A DNA stretch of 64,000 nucleotides from Octopus bimaculoides (GCF_001194135.2 NC_069002.1:23405996-23469995); one strand, 5' to 3'; shown: positions 13,264-26,592, numbered from the stretch's first letter. Numbers and translations are program-made. The notes: a model not told the origin generated them from the sequence alone.

Positions 13264-13503
13264 TTAACACTTTTGTTACCATCCTTCTTTCAAACTACAC
13301 AAATTTGTTTCGGTTAATTTTGGGAATAATGAAGAATTTGGTAAAATGACATTGTCACTGCTAAGCTGGAGTTTGGAAGAAATTCAAACCTCGCACCAAA
13401 ATTTAATTTTGATATAAGGTTTGAATTTGGATTTCTTTAAAACAGGAATCTTGTATGAAAGAACCAGAAATGGTCTGGGACAGGTTGGCACTAAAGGGGT
13501 TAA
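13264..13503. mobile_element. TTAA-flanked (piggyBac-like) MITE
   Basis: TTAACACTTTTGTTACC ... GGCACTAAAGGGGTTAA; related to 56603-56833 in the opposite orientation. Confidence 0.6.
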
Positions 13504-13939
13504 AGAGATGATGAATTTCCTCTTATTAATCACACCTGTTAATTAAAATGAGATTAATTAATCATGTCTGTTAATTAAAGTGAGAGCACCATAATTATGA
13601 TTATCCTTGCCTCTGGGAATGAAGGATGTTGCTGGGCCACTGTTAGGTGTTGCAGACTTCACCATTCTAAACAATGGTTGCACTATGAGATGTCAGTTAA
13701 ACCATCACAGTGGTAAAATCTTTTGGAGCTTATATATGGACACTTAATATGCCAGAAATAGCAGTTAAACTTTCATCAGATCATACCCTATATTCTGAGA
13801 AAAGAAGGTCACTACTGGATAATGTGGTTCTGGGTTTACCGTGTCTAGGAAAATAACAGGATGGTTATAGTTGGGTTATACTTGATCATAACTCTATTTG
13901 ATCAGGGTTACACAGCAGCAACAACAACAACAAACAACC

Positions 13940-14150
13940 ACAATAATAATCCTTTCTACTATAGGCATAAGGCCTGAAATTTTGCAGAAGGGGGTTGGTT
14001 GGTTACATCAACCCCCAGTATCCAACTAGTCCTTATTTTATTAACTCTGGAAGGATGCAAAGTAAAGTCAACTTTGGTGTAATTTGAACTCAGAATATCA
14101 AACTGGAAGACATTTGTCTGACATGCTAGATATTTTGCCAGCCTGCTGTT
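13940..14150 (-). mobile_element. SINE family B
   Basis: Reverse-complement copy. Confidence 0.7.
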
Positions 14151-14209
14151 TTGATAATTGCTGTAAAGTAGGTTCCTCCCACTGGTGTGATGTGTGACTG
14201 CCGTTGTAC

Positions 14210-14448
14210 TGTAGTTGCTATTTTATACTAGTAGCCACAATAGTTACTAGTCATCGGATACCGTTGTATCACTTTGTACTGGAATAGTAATACACTAACT
14301 TCTGTCTTACTATTGCAGATAACTCCACAAGACACCGACTAGAACTGTTGACTCTCAACTCATTGACTCTTGACCCTCTCTTGACTGGCTACTGGTCTAT
14401 TTATAATGGCTGTCCCCTACTACTTTTTATCAGGAGGGGTATACAACA
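14210..14448 (-). mobile_element. Candidate solo LTR
   Basis: TGTAGT...ACAACA termini, flanks GTAC/GTAA, minus-strand TATAAATAG near the 5' end and ATAAAA near the 3' end. Confidence 0.4.
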
Positions 14449-14449
14449 G

Positions 14450-14650
14450 TAATAATCCTTTCTACTGTAAGCACAAGACCTGCAATTTTTCAGGAGTGGG
14501 GCTAGTCGGTTACACTGACCCCAGTGCTTGACTGGTACTTATTTCATCAACTGCAAAAGGATGGAAAGGCAAAATCTACCTCGGCAGAATTTCAACTCTG
14601 AACATAAGCATTTTGTTCAGCAAGGTAACATTTCTGCCAACTTGCAGCAG
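14450..14650 (-). mobile_element. SINE family B
   Basis: Reverse-complement copy. Confidence 0.7.
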
Positions 14651-15204
14651 TTCTTATGGCTTCTGATCTCAACCGATTGGGAGTGTTATCATGTACATTG
14701 TTTTGTCTTGATATAAAAGATGGGCTACAGAAAATATTCTACTCAATACCACAGACTTGCTTGTCAGTTGTTTGACCTTAACCAGTTGAGCATGTCCCTT
14801 AGTGGCTGACAATATGTGCATCTCTGAGCAGAAATGGTGGGGCAGGAAACATCATAGCCATGTGATGAGAGAAATTCTTTGGGGTTTGAATAATTCACCA
14901 CTGGAAACAGGAGTCTTTTGTTCATCATCTTTAAACGACCTTTATTCAGGGACCTTTTGAGTAGGATGGGCTATTTGGTCTGAAGAAAATTCTAACTGGG
15001 CCCCACCTGGAAGATCATGCTATGTTAATCTTCATTTGAGATCACCATGTTGTGCACATATAGTTGTGATGCATGTGCCTTGTGTACCCTTAGGGTAGTT
15101 AGGTAGTCATGACGGGTATATTGGGTTTCATATATTTTACCCCAGTGTCACTTTGATGGCATGTGTTGCTCTCTCACTCAATAATAACAACAACTACAAC
15201 AGTG

Positions 15205-15234
<30 letters not shown>

Positions 15235-15237
<3 letters not shown>

Positions 15238-15450
15238 TTAGTTGCAAATTTTGACACAAGGCCAGCAATTTTGGGGAAGGGGTTAATTCAATTATATCAA
15301 TCCCAGTATGCAAATGGTACGCGTTTTGTCAACCCTGAAAGGATGAAAGACAAAATCAACCTCAGCAGGATTTGAACTCAGAATCTAAAGAATGACGAAA
15401 TGTTGCTAAGCATTTTGCCCAGCATGCAATTGATTCTTCTAGTTCACTGC
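15235..15450 (-). mobile_element. SINE family B
   Basis: Reverse-complement copy. Confidence 0.75.
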
Positions 15451-15541
15451 CTAATAGTAAAAATATTAATAATAATATTAATAATGACAGTGATGATGAT
15501 GATAACATCAACAATGCTGTTCTGTAAAATTGTTTCCTCAC

Positions 15542-15627
15542 CTACTTTTAATGGCTCCATTTTCAGAAGAGGAGGAGGAGGACTGAACTTTGGCCAGGAC
15601 ACCATTCCTCTTTCTGTTGCTGCTATT
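15542..15627 (-). CDS. Weak candidate exon, unknown product
   Basis: Poly-T acceptor ending ACAAG, donor AG|GTGAGG, 86 nt, two frames open. Confidence 0.2.
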
Positions 15628-15862
15628 CTTGTAAAAAAAAAAAGAATAATAATAAAAATAAATGCGTGACATTATAATTGCATAACATGGTAGCACCACA
15701 AGTCACTTGGTACATGGACAGCCATATATGTTGCTGTCGTACAATGGATGGCACCATTTCTCTGTGTAAAAGATAGCATTATTGCTGTCACTGGCATTGT
15801 TGTTGTTGCTGCAGTTCATATTTTTATTTCATTCAGATACGCTTGAGAGTGATTTATTATTA

Positions 15863-15914
<52 letters not shown>

Positions 15915-16299
15915 CATTATTATTATTAATTATTCGCCTGAGAGGTGCTTATTTTATTACTCTTAGATAAGGTTAAACTCATAACCTATGTTCCTAAATA
16001 GGGTTAACTTCCTAACAATGATCTATTTAACCAAACTTAATGCTGCTATGAAACAGCGAATCTAATATTTTACTACCAAAGTCACTTCATCTGTTCCATT
16101 TCCCGCCAAACCATAATGCTTACGCAATTAAGATGACAATAGTGAATGGATAATTGCAATCGCAATAGAATGTATACACGAGGTTTTCTAAAGGAGAGAG
16201 AATAGAAGAGTAAAAGAATTTACATGAGCTCAGCTATCAAACTGAACTTACTGTGGCATGTAAACAATGCGTGTATTATTTACTTTTCAATTCTTTCAG

Positions 16300-16414
16300 C
16301 TATGATATTGACAAATCAGCAATAAGGAAAGACATTGGAACAAGATTCTTGAATATAACAATATTAGGACTGCACACATTTGAAAGTTACTCTCTGGGAA
16401 AATGCCAGTTCAGT
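16300..16414 (+). CDS. Candidate internal coding exon, unknown protein (YDIDKSAIRKDIGTRFLNITILGLHTFESYSLGKCQFS)
   Basis: Acceptor TTTACTTTTCAATTCTTTCAG, donor GTAAGC, 115 nt, only one of three frames open, non-repetitive sequence. No partner exons identified. Confidence 0.4.
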
Positions 16415-17109
16415 GTAAGCAAATAAAGAAATGATTGTAGCCTCTATTTACTAATAGTAATATTGATGATAACGATGATGATAATAATAATAATGATAAT
16501 AATAATAATAATAATCATAATAATAATGATGATAATAAAAATAATTACAACACAGAAAATAGTAAAATGTAAGGAAACCAAAAAACATAAAAAACTGTTT
16601 TTCTCAATAGAGAAAGAAATGGTAAATAAAAGAAAAATGAAAATAATACCAAAAGAAAAGTCTGTTACGAAAATAGAATCGGTAGCTACATGCAAACTGG
16701 AAAATACAAGCAGATTAACAACATATGCCAGAAAGCATAAACATAGCAATAAAAGTCCATAAAAAAATAGGGGGAGATAAATTGATGAGTGAGGAAATAA
16801 AAGAGATAAATGAATTGAAAAGATGAAAAAAGAATGTGAAAAGTAAATAGCATCAAGATTCGGTTAACAAAATGAAAAATGAAGGAAGGAATCAAAGTTA
16901 CAAGCAACAAGATTCCAGGAGGATAACAAATATAGCTTAACTGTTTTGTCACCAGATTTCTGATGATAAGGCTTGGCGTTTAATTTGGAAAAATAATCAA
17001 TAATTCAAAGGGATTTACTAAAATGGCTTTTTGTTTTATTCTTCAATGTGAAGTTAGTAGGATGTTTCTTTTTGCTTTCTATTGCTTAATTAGGAGGGAG
17101 AGAGTGTAC

Positions 17110-17540
17110 TGGGTAGGAGAGGAGGGCATGGTTCATTTTAAGGATTTGCAAAACTGGAGGTTGGGAGCTGGGGAGGAAAGGATGTAAAGAGAGAGAGAGA
17201 GAGGGTAATAGGATAGGAGAAGGTGGGGGTGTCATGGTCCTTTTTTTTAAGGATTTGCAAAACTGGAGAGGAAAGGATGTAGAGAGGGGGAAAAGGATTG
17301 TGGTCCTGTTTTTAGGGTCTCCAAGTCTGCTGGGAGAGAAGAAACTCCTGGAAGGATGTGAGGGGAAAAAGGGAATAAGATGGGGGCCATGATGCTTTGT
17401 AGGGACTTCAAGACTTGTGGTGAGGAGGGGGGCTAGGAAAGGAAGAATGTCAGGAAAAAGGGAAGGAGAGGGGTCATGTTTTAAATTTTAGGGCTTCTAA
17501 AACTAGAGGGAGGTTGGTAGAGAGGGAGACAGTAGGGAGG
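17110..17540. repeat. Decayed purine-rich tandem repeat (~70-105-bp period)
   Basis: CATGGT..TTTTAAGGATTTGCAAAACTGGAG at 17128 and 17233; weaker copies near 17300, 17388 and 17476. Confidence 0.55.
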
Positions 17541-17859
17541 GTACAAGAAGAGAAGGGGAGATCTGCCCTGAATGTTTGCATTAAAGTGAACTTGGCTGAA
17601 GGTACCTAAGGGTCAGATGGAAGGAGGGGAATGTTAAACAAAGTGATTAATCATGTCTATCACTCAGGTAGGCCAAGGTGAGATTTGAACTTGGAGCACA
17701 AGGAGCCATAATAAATACTGTTACATATTCTGTCGGATGCTCTTATGACTCTCATCAATTTCCAACCAAGTGGAATATGAAACAGGAAGAAGTTCTTAAA
17801 GAAAGTTACGGTGGCAGATTTTATTTTAAACTAGTTCTCTTTATCCCAGATCTTCTACC

Positions 17860-18047
17860 TGTTTCACGTTCAAACTGGTCAGAACCAGCTACTGACAACT
17901 ACCCTGGAATGTCATTCTAAAAGTAAACTATCGAAATAATCACATCATTGAATTCTCAAAGCCATGAAATAATGCAGGATTAATTCTAAACAATGTGAAT
18001 AAATAAGCATAACATTTGACAGAATAGTCTAAATGCTAAAGGGTTAA
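17860..18047. mobile_element. Probable TTAA-type MITE, left end decayed
   Basis: Ends AATGCTAAAGGGTTAA, like the other MITE termini. Confidence 0.45.
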
Positions 18048-18182
18048 ATATAAACACTTTAAAATAGTTTGTTTAAGGAAGTGGTGGCGGATTGTGAAAG
18101 AGTTAATGGGTGAATAGAAAACCAGTCTATATTTATTTCCGCAACAGTGTTTTACCAGTGCACACACCAACACATCAACGCA

Positions 18183-18284
<102 letters not shown>

Positions 18285-18840
18285 TGCATGCACTGTCAGT
18301 GCTATATTCATAAACAGTTTAGCGATTGTGTATGGAGTTTGTGGTGAGACAATTCTTTTGCAAACCTCAGCTCACTGTGGGACATCTTGCTACATCGAAC
18401 ATCATTAATAATTGTCTTAAGTTTGCTTTTTACTTGGTTGCTGAGCAAAAGTATTTTATGAGTCGTGGGAGACATTTGTGATGCAGGAATCGTTTCGTTG
18501 GCTGAGAAATATTTCTACATGGTTCCTTATTGTAAAATCAGCATGAATTCTGTTGCGAAATGATTGATATGTTTCTTGTGTTCTTCAGCCTGAGGCCAAT
18601 GCTGGTTTATCAGACTCATGATCAAAAGTTTTCTGTTGTCTGATATCAACTTTGTTTTAAGATAGAAAGGGCGTGACTGGGGGGATTTGGTAGCTGTTTC
18701 TAGCTAATTGCATGACCACTTTGTGGTACCTCATTGTTGAATGCCCCATGAGAACCTATTGTTAATGTAACAGTTGGAATATTCATTTACAAAGGTTTAT
18801 TAATTAGTATTGATATCGGTATTAATTAAAGAGTCTTTTA

Positions 18841-19198
18841 TCTTTTACTTGTTTCGGTTATTAGACTGTGACCATGCTGGGGCACCACCTGAGGAATTTT
18901 AGTCAAATTGCTTATTATCTTTTTAAGCTTAGTGCTTATTCTGTTGGTCTCTTTTGCCAAACTACTAAGTTATGGGAGTATAAACACACCAGCATCAGTT
19001 GTCAAGCAGTGGTGGGGAACAGACAGACAGACACATACATATATATTTGCATGATGGACTTCTTTCAGTTTCTATCTACTACATCCACTCACAAGGCTTT
19101 GGCCAGCCCAGAAGATGCTTGCCCAAGTGCCACACAGTGGGACTGAACTCAAAACCATGTGTTTGGGAAGCATGCTTTTTATCATACAAACATGCCTA
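18841..19198 (-). mobile_element. SINE family A
   Basis: Colinear with 4950-5350. Confidence 0.8.
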
Positions 19199-19254
19199 CA
19201 CTTATTCTGTAAATGAAAATATCATTTACTATTTAAATAGATATTTGTGTGTAT

Positions 19255-19346
<92 letters not shown>

Positions 19347-19901
19347 TATGCATACGTATATCATACAAATAGAATGGTTCTGAAGAAGCTAAAACACGTT
19401 GCACAAGCACTCAGCTCTGAATGGAGTACTTCTTATTGCAGAAACAACTGTTAGCTAATGAAGTTGCTAATGCAATTCCTGTTTCCTTGTCATTCCATAA
19501 TCAAAATTATGCTCTGTATTCATGAAACACTTTATTCTAAAGCATATATGTATTAAGTTCTGACAACTGGTTACTAGTATCACTAAATCGTAAAATATAT
19601 GTATCTGTAGGTATATTCTGTCAGTATATAACTATCATTGAAGTTAAATGAAATCTATTTTTATGAACTAGGAACTAAGGTTTCTTCCAAAAACTCACAT
19701 ATTCAGCTGTTAGGAAATTGTTTTGTATTTGTGTATGTGTGTGTGTGTGAGAGGGCAGGAGAGAGAGAAAGATATGCTTAGGTTGTTCACATATGTATTT
19801 AAAGCTGTGTATATGTATGCACGTGTATGAGAGAATGTTAGTGTGTTCATTCGTGTGTGTGCATTTGTTTGTACATGTTTATATATATATATGTGTATGT
19901 G

Positions 19902-19951
<50 letters not shown>

Positions 19952-20524
19952 TATGTATATATATATGTACATATATAAATAAAAGTGTGTGTGTATACAT
20001 ATGTATGGATTTATATAGTACACGTTTCAGTCTGTTTTTGTATGTATGTATATGTATTCATGTATATATGGACATCTATGTGTGCATGTATGTATAAATG
20101 TGTTTATACATATATGATGTGTGTGTATATAGTATGTACAAGAGTTCAATACAATCTATGTCTGATGGCTATCTCTGTCTGCATGGTTCTCTGTCTCTCA
20201 GTCTGTACCTGTCTGTCTGTCTCTCTGTTTCTTGAATTGGTGCAGATGGATGCACGGAACAGCAGGTGTGTGCAGGTTAAGACGAAGCATAAAGTTTGCC
20301 CATATAAACTGATGCTGCCTCTGGTCGTCTTATTTACACGGACTGGTCATGTACAGAAATGCTGAATATGGACTTCATATAATAACATCTAATAATACAT
20401 AGCAAATTATACTGCTAATCTGTGTGCACACTTGCTATAAACACTCGCTGAAACATGCTACATACATAGATCAGCTTTTAATGACTGCCGGCGATAATTA
20501 CACAAGCAAATATTATATATACAC

Positions 20525-20565
<41 letters not shown>

Positions 20566-20589
20566 GTAGTATATTGCCACTTAAGTGTG

Positions 20590-20717
20590 GCTGACCCCTA
20601 GGGGTGGATGTTACTGTTGCTTTTAGCCCCAGGAGGACATCTCCTCCAGCTGGCTTATCGACACACGACTGTGTCCTGTTTGCCAAGGGAGTTATCCCTC
20701 TCACCTCGACCAGCAGC
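20590..20717. mobile_element. Diverged relative of the 40265-40950 foldback arm, cut by a gap
   Basis: Shares ATGTT.CTG...TTTAGCCCCAGGAG.ACATC...CCAGCTGG...CTGTGTCCT...CAAGGGA with 40315-40399/40681-40705. Confidence 0.55.
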
Positions 20718-21517
20718 NNNNNNNNNNNNNNNNNNNNNNNNNNNNNNNNNNNNNNNNNNNNNNNNNNNNNNNNNNNNNNNNNNNNNNNNNNNNNNNNNNN
20801 NNNNNNNNNNNNNNNNNNNNNNNNNNNNNNNNNNNNNNNNNNNNNNNNNNNNNNNNNNNNNNNNNNNNNNNNNNNNNNNNNNNNNNNNNNNNNNNNNNNN
20901 NNNNNNNNNNNNNNNNNNNNNNNNNNNNNNNNNNNNNNNNNNNNNNNNNNNNNNNNNNNNNNNNNNNNNNNNNNNNNNNNNNNNNNNNNNNNNNNNNNNN
21001 NNNNNNNNNNNNNNNNNNNNNNNNNNNNNNNNNNNNNNNNNNNNNNNNNNNNNNNNNNNNNNNNNNNNNNNNNNNNNNNNNNNNNNNNNNNNNNNNNNNN
21101 NNNNNNNNNNNNNNNNNNNNNNNNNNNNNNNNNNNNNNNNNNNNNNNNNNNNNNNNNNNNNNNNNNNNNNNNNNNNNNNNNNNNNNNNNNNNNNNNNNNN
21201 NNNNNNNNNNNNNNNNNNNNNNNNNNNNNNNNNNNNNNNNNNNNNNNNNNNNNNNNNNNNNNNNNNNNNNNNNNNNNNNNNNNNNNNNNNNNNNNNNNNN
21301 NNNNNNNNNNNNNNNNNNNNNNNNNNNNNNNNNNNNNNNNNNNNNNNNNNNNNNNNNNNNNNNNNNNNNNNNNNNNNNNNNNNNNNNNNNNNNNNNNNNN
21401 NNNNNNNNNNNNNNNNNNNNNNNNNNNNNNNNNNNNNNNNNNNNNNNNNNNNNNNNNNNNNNNNNNNNNNNNNNNNNNNNNNNNNNNNNNNNNNNNNNNN
21501 NNNNNNNNNNNNNNNNN

Positions 21518-21659
21518 TATATATATGTATATTTATATATGTATATATATATGTGTGTGTATATATATGTATATATGTGTGTGTGTGTGTATATATAAAT
21601 ATATATGTGTGTGTGTGTATGTGTATATATATATGTGTATATATATATGTGTGTATGTA

Positions 21660-21707
<48 letters not shown>

Positions 21708-21949
21708 AGTGTGTGCATATATATGTGTATATATACACACACACACACACACACATATACACATAGGAATGTGTGTATATCTATGTATTATGTATGTATC
21801 CATGTGTATGTATATGTATGCGTATATATGTAGGTATGTATATATATATGTATGCACATATGTGTATGCATGTGTATATGCATATGTGTATGTATGTATA
21901 TGTGTATGAACATATATATGTATATATATATATGTGTGTGCATATATAT

Positions 21950-22000
<51 letters not shown>
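21518..22000. repeat. Compound (TA)/(TG) microsatellite field between two gaps
   Basis: Direct reading. Confidence 0.95.
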
Positions 22001-23176
22001 NNNNNNNNNNNNNNNNNNNNNNNNNNNNNNNNNNNNNNNNNNNNNNNNNNNNNNNNNNNNNNNNNNNNNNNNNNNNNNNNNNNNNNNNNNNNNNNNNNNN
22101 NNNNNNNNNNNNNNNNNNNNNNNNNNNNNNNNNNNNNNNNNNNNNNNNNNNNNNNNNNNNNNNNNNNNNNNNNNNNNNNNNNNNNNNNNNNNNNNNNNNN
22201 NNNNNNNNNNNNNNNNNNNNNNNNNNNNNNNNNNNNNNNNNNNNNNNNNNNNNNNNNNNNNNNNNNNNNNNNNNNNNNNNNNNNNNNNNNNNNNNNNNNN
22301 NNNNNNNNNNNNNNNNNNNNNNNNNNNNNNNNNNNNNNNNNNNNNNNNNNNNNNNNNNNNNNNNNNNNNNNNNNNNNNNNNNNNNNNNNNNNNNNNNNNN
22401 NNNNNNNNNNNNNNNNNNNNNNNNNNNNNNNNNNNNNNNNNNNNNNNNNNNNNNNNNNNNNNNNNNNNNNNNNNNNNNNNNNNNNNNNNNNNNNNNNNNN
22501 NNNNNNNNNNNNNNNNNNNNNNNNNNNNNNNNNNNNNNNNNNNNNNNNNNNNNNNNNNNNNNNNNNNNNNNNNNNNNNNNNNNNNNNNNNNNNNNNNNNN
22601 NNNNNNNNNNNNNNNNNNNNNNNNNNNNNNNNNNNNNNNNNNNNNNNNNNNNNNNNNNNNNNNNNNNNNNNNNNNNNNNNNNNNNNNNNNNNNNNNNNNN
22701 NNNNNNNNNNNNNNNNNNNNNNNNNNNNNNNNNNNNNNNNNNNNNNNNNNNNNNNNNNNNNNNNNNNNNNNNNNNNNNNNNNNNNNNNNNNNNNNNNNNN
22801 NNNNNNNNNNNNNNNNNNNNNNNNNNNNNNNNNNNNNNNNNNNNNNNNNNNNNNNNNNNNNNNNNNNNNNNNNNNNNNNNNNNNNNNNNNNNNNNNNNNG
22901 TCACATTCATCAGAAATACAATAATTATGCAACAGAAAGCATGTAACCGCATGTGTATATGTGAAAAAGATGTGAGTGTGTGTTTTTGTATGTGTGTATA
23001 AATGTTTGTGTACACACGCGCGCACACGCGCGTGTGTGTGTGTGTGTGTAAGTTCTACTTTGATAATTTAAATTTAAAATAGGAAATAGAAAAAAGATTT
23101 TTCTGAGATAATTTACTCCATAAATATATGCAAAAATGTACATAGAATTTATATTGGAACATAAACTCACTAATGG

Positions 23177-23212
<36 letters not shown>

Positions 23213-23521
23213 GAACACATGCACACACATACATTCATACATATGTACACACACACACTAACAAACAGTACAAAGTTCTGTTGAAATATATACGAACGTA
23301 TATATACGTCCATATAGAGACACATACATGCACGCATACATATAGATTAACATGTATAGACACCCATATGGGTACACACTTGCACACACACACATACAAG
23401 CACATATTTGCACACAGCTACACAGCATATACATTTATACACACAAAAAGCACACTAACTCTAATGGAACATAAGTGTAAACATATATGGCCTTATATAC
23501 ACATAAACACACACACACACA

Positions 23522-23559
<38 letters not shown>

Positions 23560-23669
23560 TACACAGACATGCACAAATGCGCACATACACATTTATACAC
23601 ATACAATGAAATACACAAATGGCACGCAAATTATATTCAAACATAATCACAAATTCAAGTCGTCTTATA

Positions 23670-23701
<32 letters not shown>

Positions 23702-24571
23702 NNNNNNNNNNNNNNNNNNNNNNNNNNNNNNNNNNNNNNNNNNNNNNNNNNNNNNNNNNNNNNNNNNNNNNNNNNNNNNNNNNNNNNNNNNNNNNNNNNN
23801 NNNNNNNNNNNNNNNNNNNNNNNNNNNNNNNNNNNNNNNNNNNNNNNNNNNNNNNNNNNNNNNNNNNNNNNNNNNNNNNNNNNNNNNNNNNNNNNNNNNN
23901 NNNNNNNNNNNNNNNNNNNNNNNNNNNNNNNNNNNNNNNNNNNNNNNNNNNNNNNNNNNNNNNNNNNNNNNNNNNNNNNNNNNNNNNNNNNNNNNNNNNN
24001 NNNNNNNNNNNNNNNNNNNNNNNNNNNNNNNNNNNNNNNNNNNNNNNNNNNNNNNNNNNNNNNNNNNNNNNNNNNNNNNNNNNNNNNNNNNNNNNNNNNN
24101 NNNNNNNNNNNNNNNNNNNNNNNNNNNNNNNNNNNNNNNNNNNNNNNNNNNNNNNNNNNNNNNNNNNNNNNNNNNNNNNNNNNNNNNNNNNNNNNNNNNN
24201 NNNNNNNNNNNNNNNNNNNNNNNNNNNNNNNNNNNNNNNNNNNNNNNNNNNNNNNNNNNNNNNNNNNNNNNNNNNNNNNNNNNNNNNNNNNNNNNNNNNN
24301 NNNNNNNNNNNNNNNNNNNNNNNNNNNNNNNNNNNNNNNNNNNNNNNNNNNNNNNNNNNNNNNNNNNNNNNNNNNNNNNNNNNNNNNNNNNNNNNNNNNN
24401 NNNNNNNNNNNNNNNNNNNNNNNNNNNNNNNNNNNNNNNNNNNNNNNNNNNNNNNNNNNNNNNNNNNNNNNNNNNNNNNNNNNNNNNNNNNNNNNNNNNN
24501 NNNNNNNNNNNNNNNNNNNNNNNNNNNNNNNNNNNNNNNNNNNNNNNNNNNNNNNNNNNNNNNNNNNNNNN

Positions 24572-25068
24572 TGGTGAATGCTGCCATAATCCTTGCCTTC
24601 AGTTCATTTTTGGTGTCACAAAGAGTTTTGTTGGTCTCTTGCTCAACTGCACTCGACACATAATAATGAAGGGGGTTGCACTGTGGGGAGTTAGGTAGCT
24701 AGATGTTAGGGTGATGTGGTTGCAGAAATTGTCTGACAGCCTGACTGGGTCCTCCTGCTTGTGTGACATGGTGCAGAGTCCTGTTGTCAGATGTAGGGTG
24801 TTCCAGCAGCCACTGTCTTGACTCAGGGCAGCACTGCCTCCTCCAGGTACTTGATGTAGGCCTCTGTGTTGAGTGTGAGGCTGTGTGGGAAAATGAATGG
24901 AGGTATAATGATTTTCATTATTAGTGATCACTCCAAACACTATGATGTTGACTGGATGTTTGATTTTTATCTCTCTCTCTCGGTACATGTCCTCAGATTG
25001 CCACCCAGACACTCTGAAATGTTTGTATTGGAGATTCCAGCACGAATGCCAAGCAGTACAGCATGTTG
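24572..25068 (-). mobile_element. maT/DD37D copy, gap-truncated
   Basis: KHPVNIIVFGVIT..; near-identical to 48960-49475. Confidence 0.9.
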
Positions 25069-25124
25069 TTATGCATTGTATGTATATGTGTATAGAGGGA
25101 TCAATATATATATATATGTATCAT

Positions 25125-25480
25125 CATCATCATCATCATCGTTTAATGTCTGCTTTCCATGCTAGCATGGGTTGGACGATTTGACTGAGGACTGGTGAAA
25201 CCGGATGGCAACACCAGGCTCCAGTCTGATTTGGCAGAGTTTCTACAGCTGGATGCCCTTCCTAATGCCAACCACTCAGAGAGTGTAGTGGGTGCTTTTA
25301 CGTGTCACCCGCACGAAAACGGCCACGCTCGAAATGGTGTCTTTTATGTGCCAGCCGCACAAGCCAGTCCAGGGGCACTGGCAATGATCTCGCTCGAAAA
25401 TCCTACAGGAGCCAGTCAGGCGGTACTGGCAACGGCCACACTCAAAATGGTGCATCTCATGTGCCACCCGCACAAGAACC
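25125..25480 (-). mobile_element. Family C retroposon, gap-truncated
   Basis: Near-identical to 35977-36260. Confidence 0.8.
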
Positions 25481-26269
25481 NNNNNNNNNNNNNNNNNNNN
25501 NNNNNNNNNNNNNNNNNNNNNNNNNNNNNNNNNNNNNNNNNNNNNNNNNNNNNNNNNNNNNNNNNNNNNNNNNNNNNNNNNNNNNNNNNNNNNNNNNNNN
25601 NNNNNNNNNNNNNNNNNNNNNNNNNNNNNNNNNNNNNNNNNNNNNNNNNNNNNNNNNNNNNNNNNNNNNNNNNNNNNNNNNNNNNNNNNNNNNNNNNNNN
25701 NNNNNNNNNNNNNNNNNNNNNNNNNNNNNNNNNNNNNNNNNNNNNNNNNNNNNNNNNNNNNNNNNNNNNNNNNNNNNNNNNNNNNNNNNNNNNNNNNNNN
25801 NNNNNNNNNNNNNNNNNNNNNNNNNNNNNNNNNNNNNNNNNNNNNNNNNNNNNNNNNNNNNNNNNNNNNNNNNNNNNNNNNNNNNNNNNNNNNNNNNNNN
25901 NNNNNNNNNNNNNNNNNNNNNNNNNNNNNNNNNNNNNNNNNNNNNNNNNNNNNNNNNNNNNNNNNNNNNNNNNNNNNNNNNNNNNNNNNNNNNNNNNNNN
26001 NNNNNNNNNNNNNNNNNNNNNNNNNNNNNNNNNNNNNNNNNNNNNNNNNNNNNNNNNNNNNNNNNNNNNNNNNNNNNNNNNNNNNNNNNNNNNNNNNNNN
26101 NNNNNNNNNNNNNNNNNNNNNNNNNNNNNNNNNNNNNNNNNNNNNNNNNNNNNNNNNNNNNNNNNNNNNNNNNNNNNNNNNNNNNNNNNNNNNNNNNNNN
26201 NNNNNNNNNNNNNNNNNNNNNNNNNNNNNNNNNNNNNNNNNNNNNNNNNNNNNNNNNNNNNNNNNNNNN

Positions 26270-26305
<36 letters not shown>

Positions 26306-26592
26306 ATGTATGTATGTATATGAATGTATATATGTATTCTGTAAAGGCAATAAGCATCAGAAAGGATAATGGGATAATGGAGATAGACCCAAGTTTGACA
26401 ATTATCGTATTAGTTTAACTTTGGGACATTAGTTCTTCATTATAATAAAAGAGAGAAGTATGAATAATGAGAAAGAAGGGTGAGAGAGAAGTAGGGAGAG
26501 GGGGAGATAGCATAGGAAAGGAAGTACAAAACAAGCAGTGAGAGGACAAAGGTGGAAGGTGAAGGGTTAGAAACTGAAATGGAATCCTTTGT

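Noticed and set aside
20246-20275. 30-nt micro-exon candidate (CAG|ATGGAT..GCAG|GTTAAG)
   Set aside because: The upstream pyrimidine tract is a (CT/CTGT) microsatellite and the donor is mediocre; too short to support without reads.
25185-25206. CUGAGGA-CUGGU-GAAA in family C (also near 36038)
   Set aside because: No stem II pairing, no correctly placed UH triplet and no stem I.
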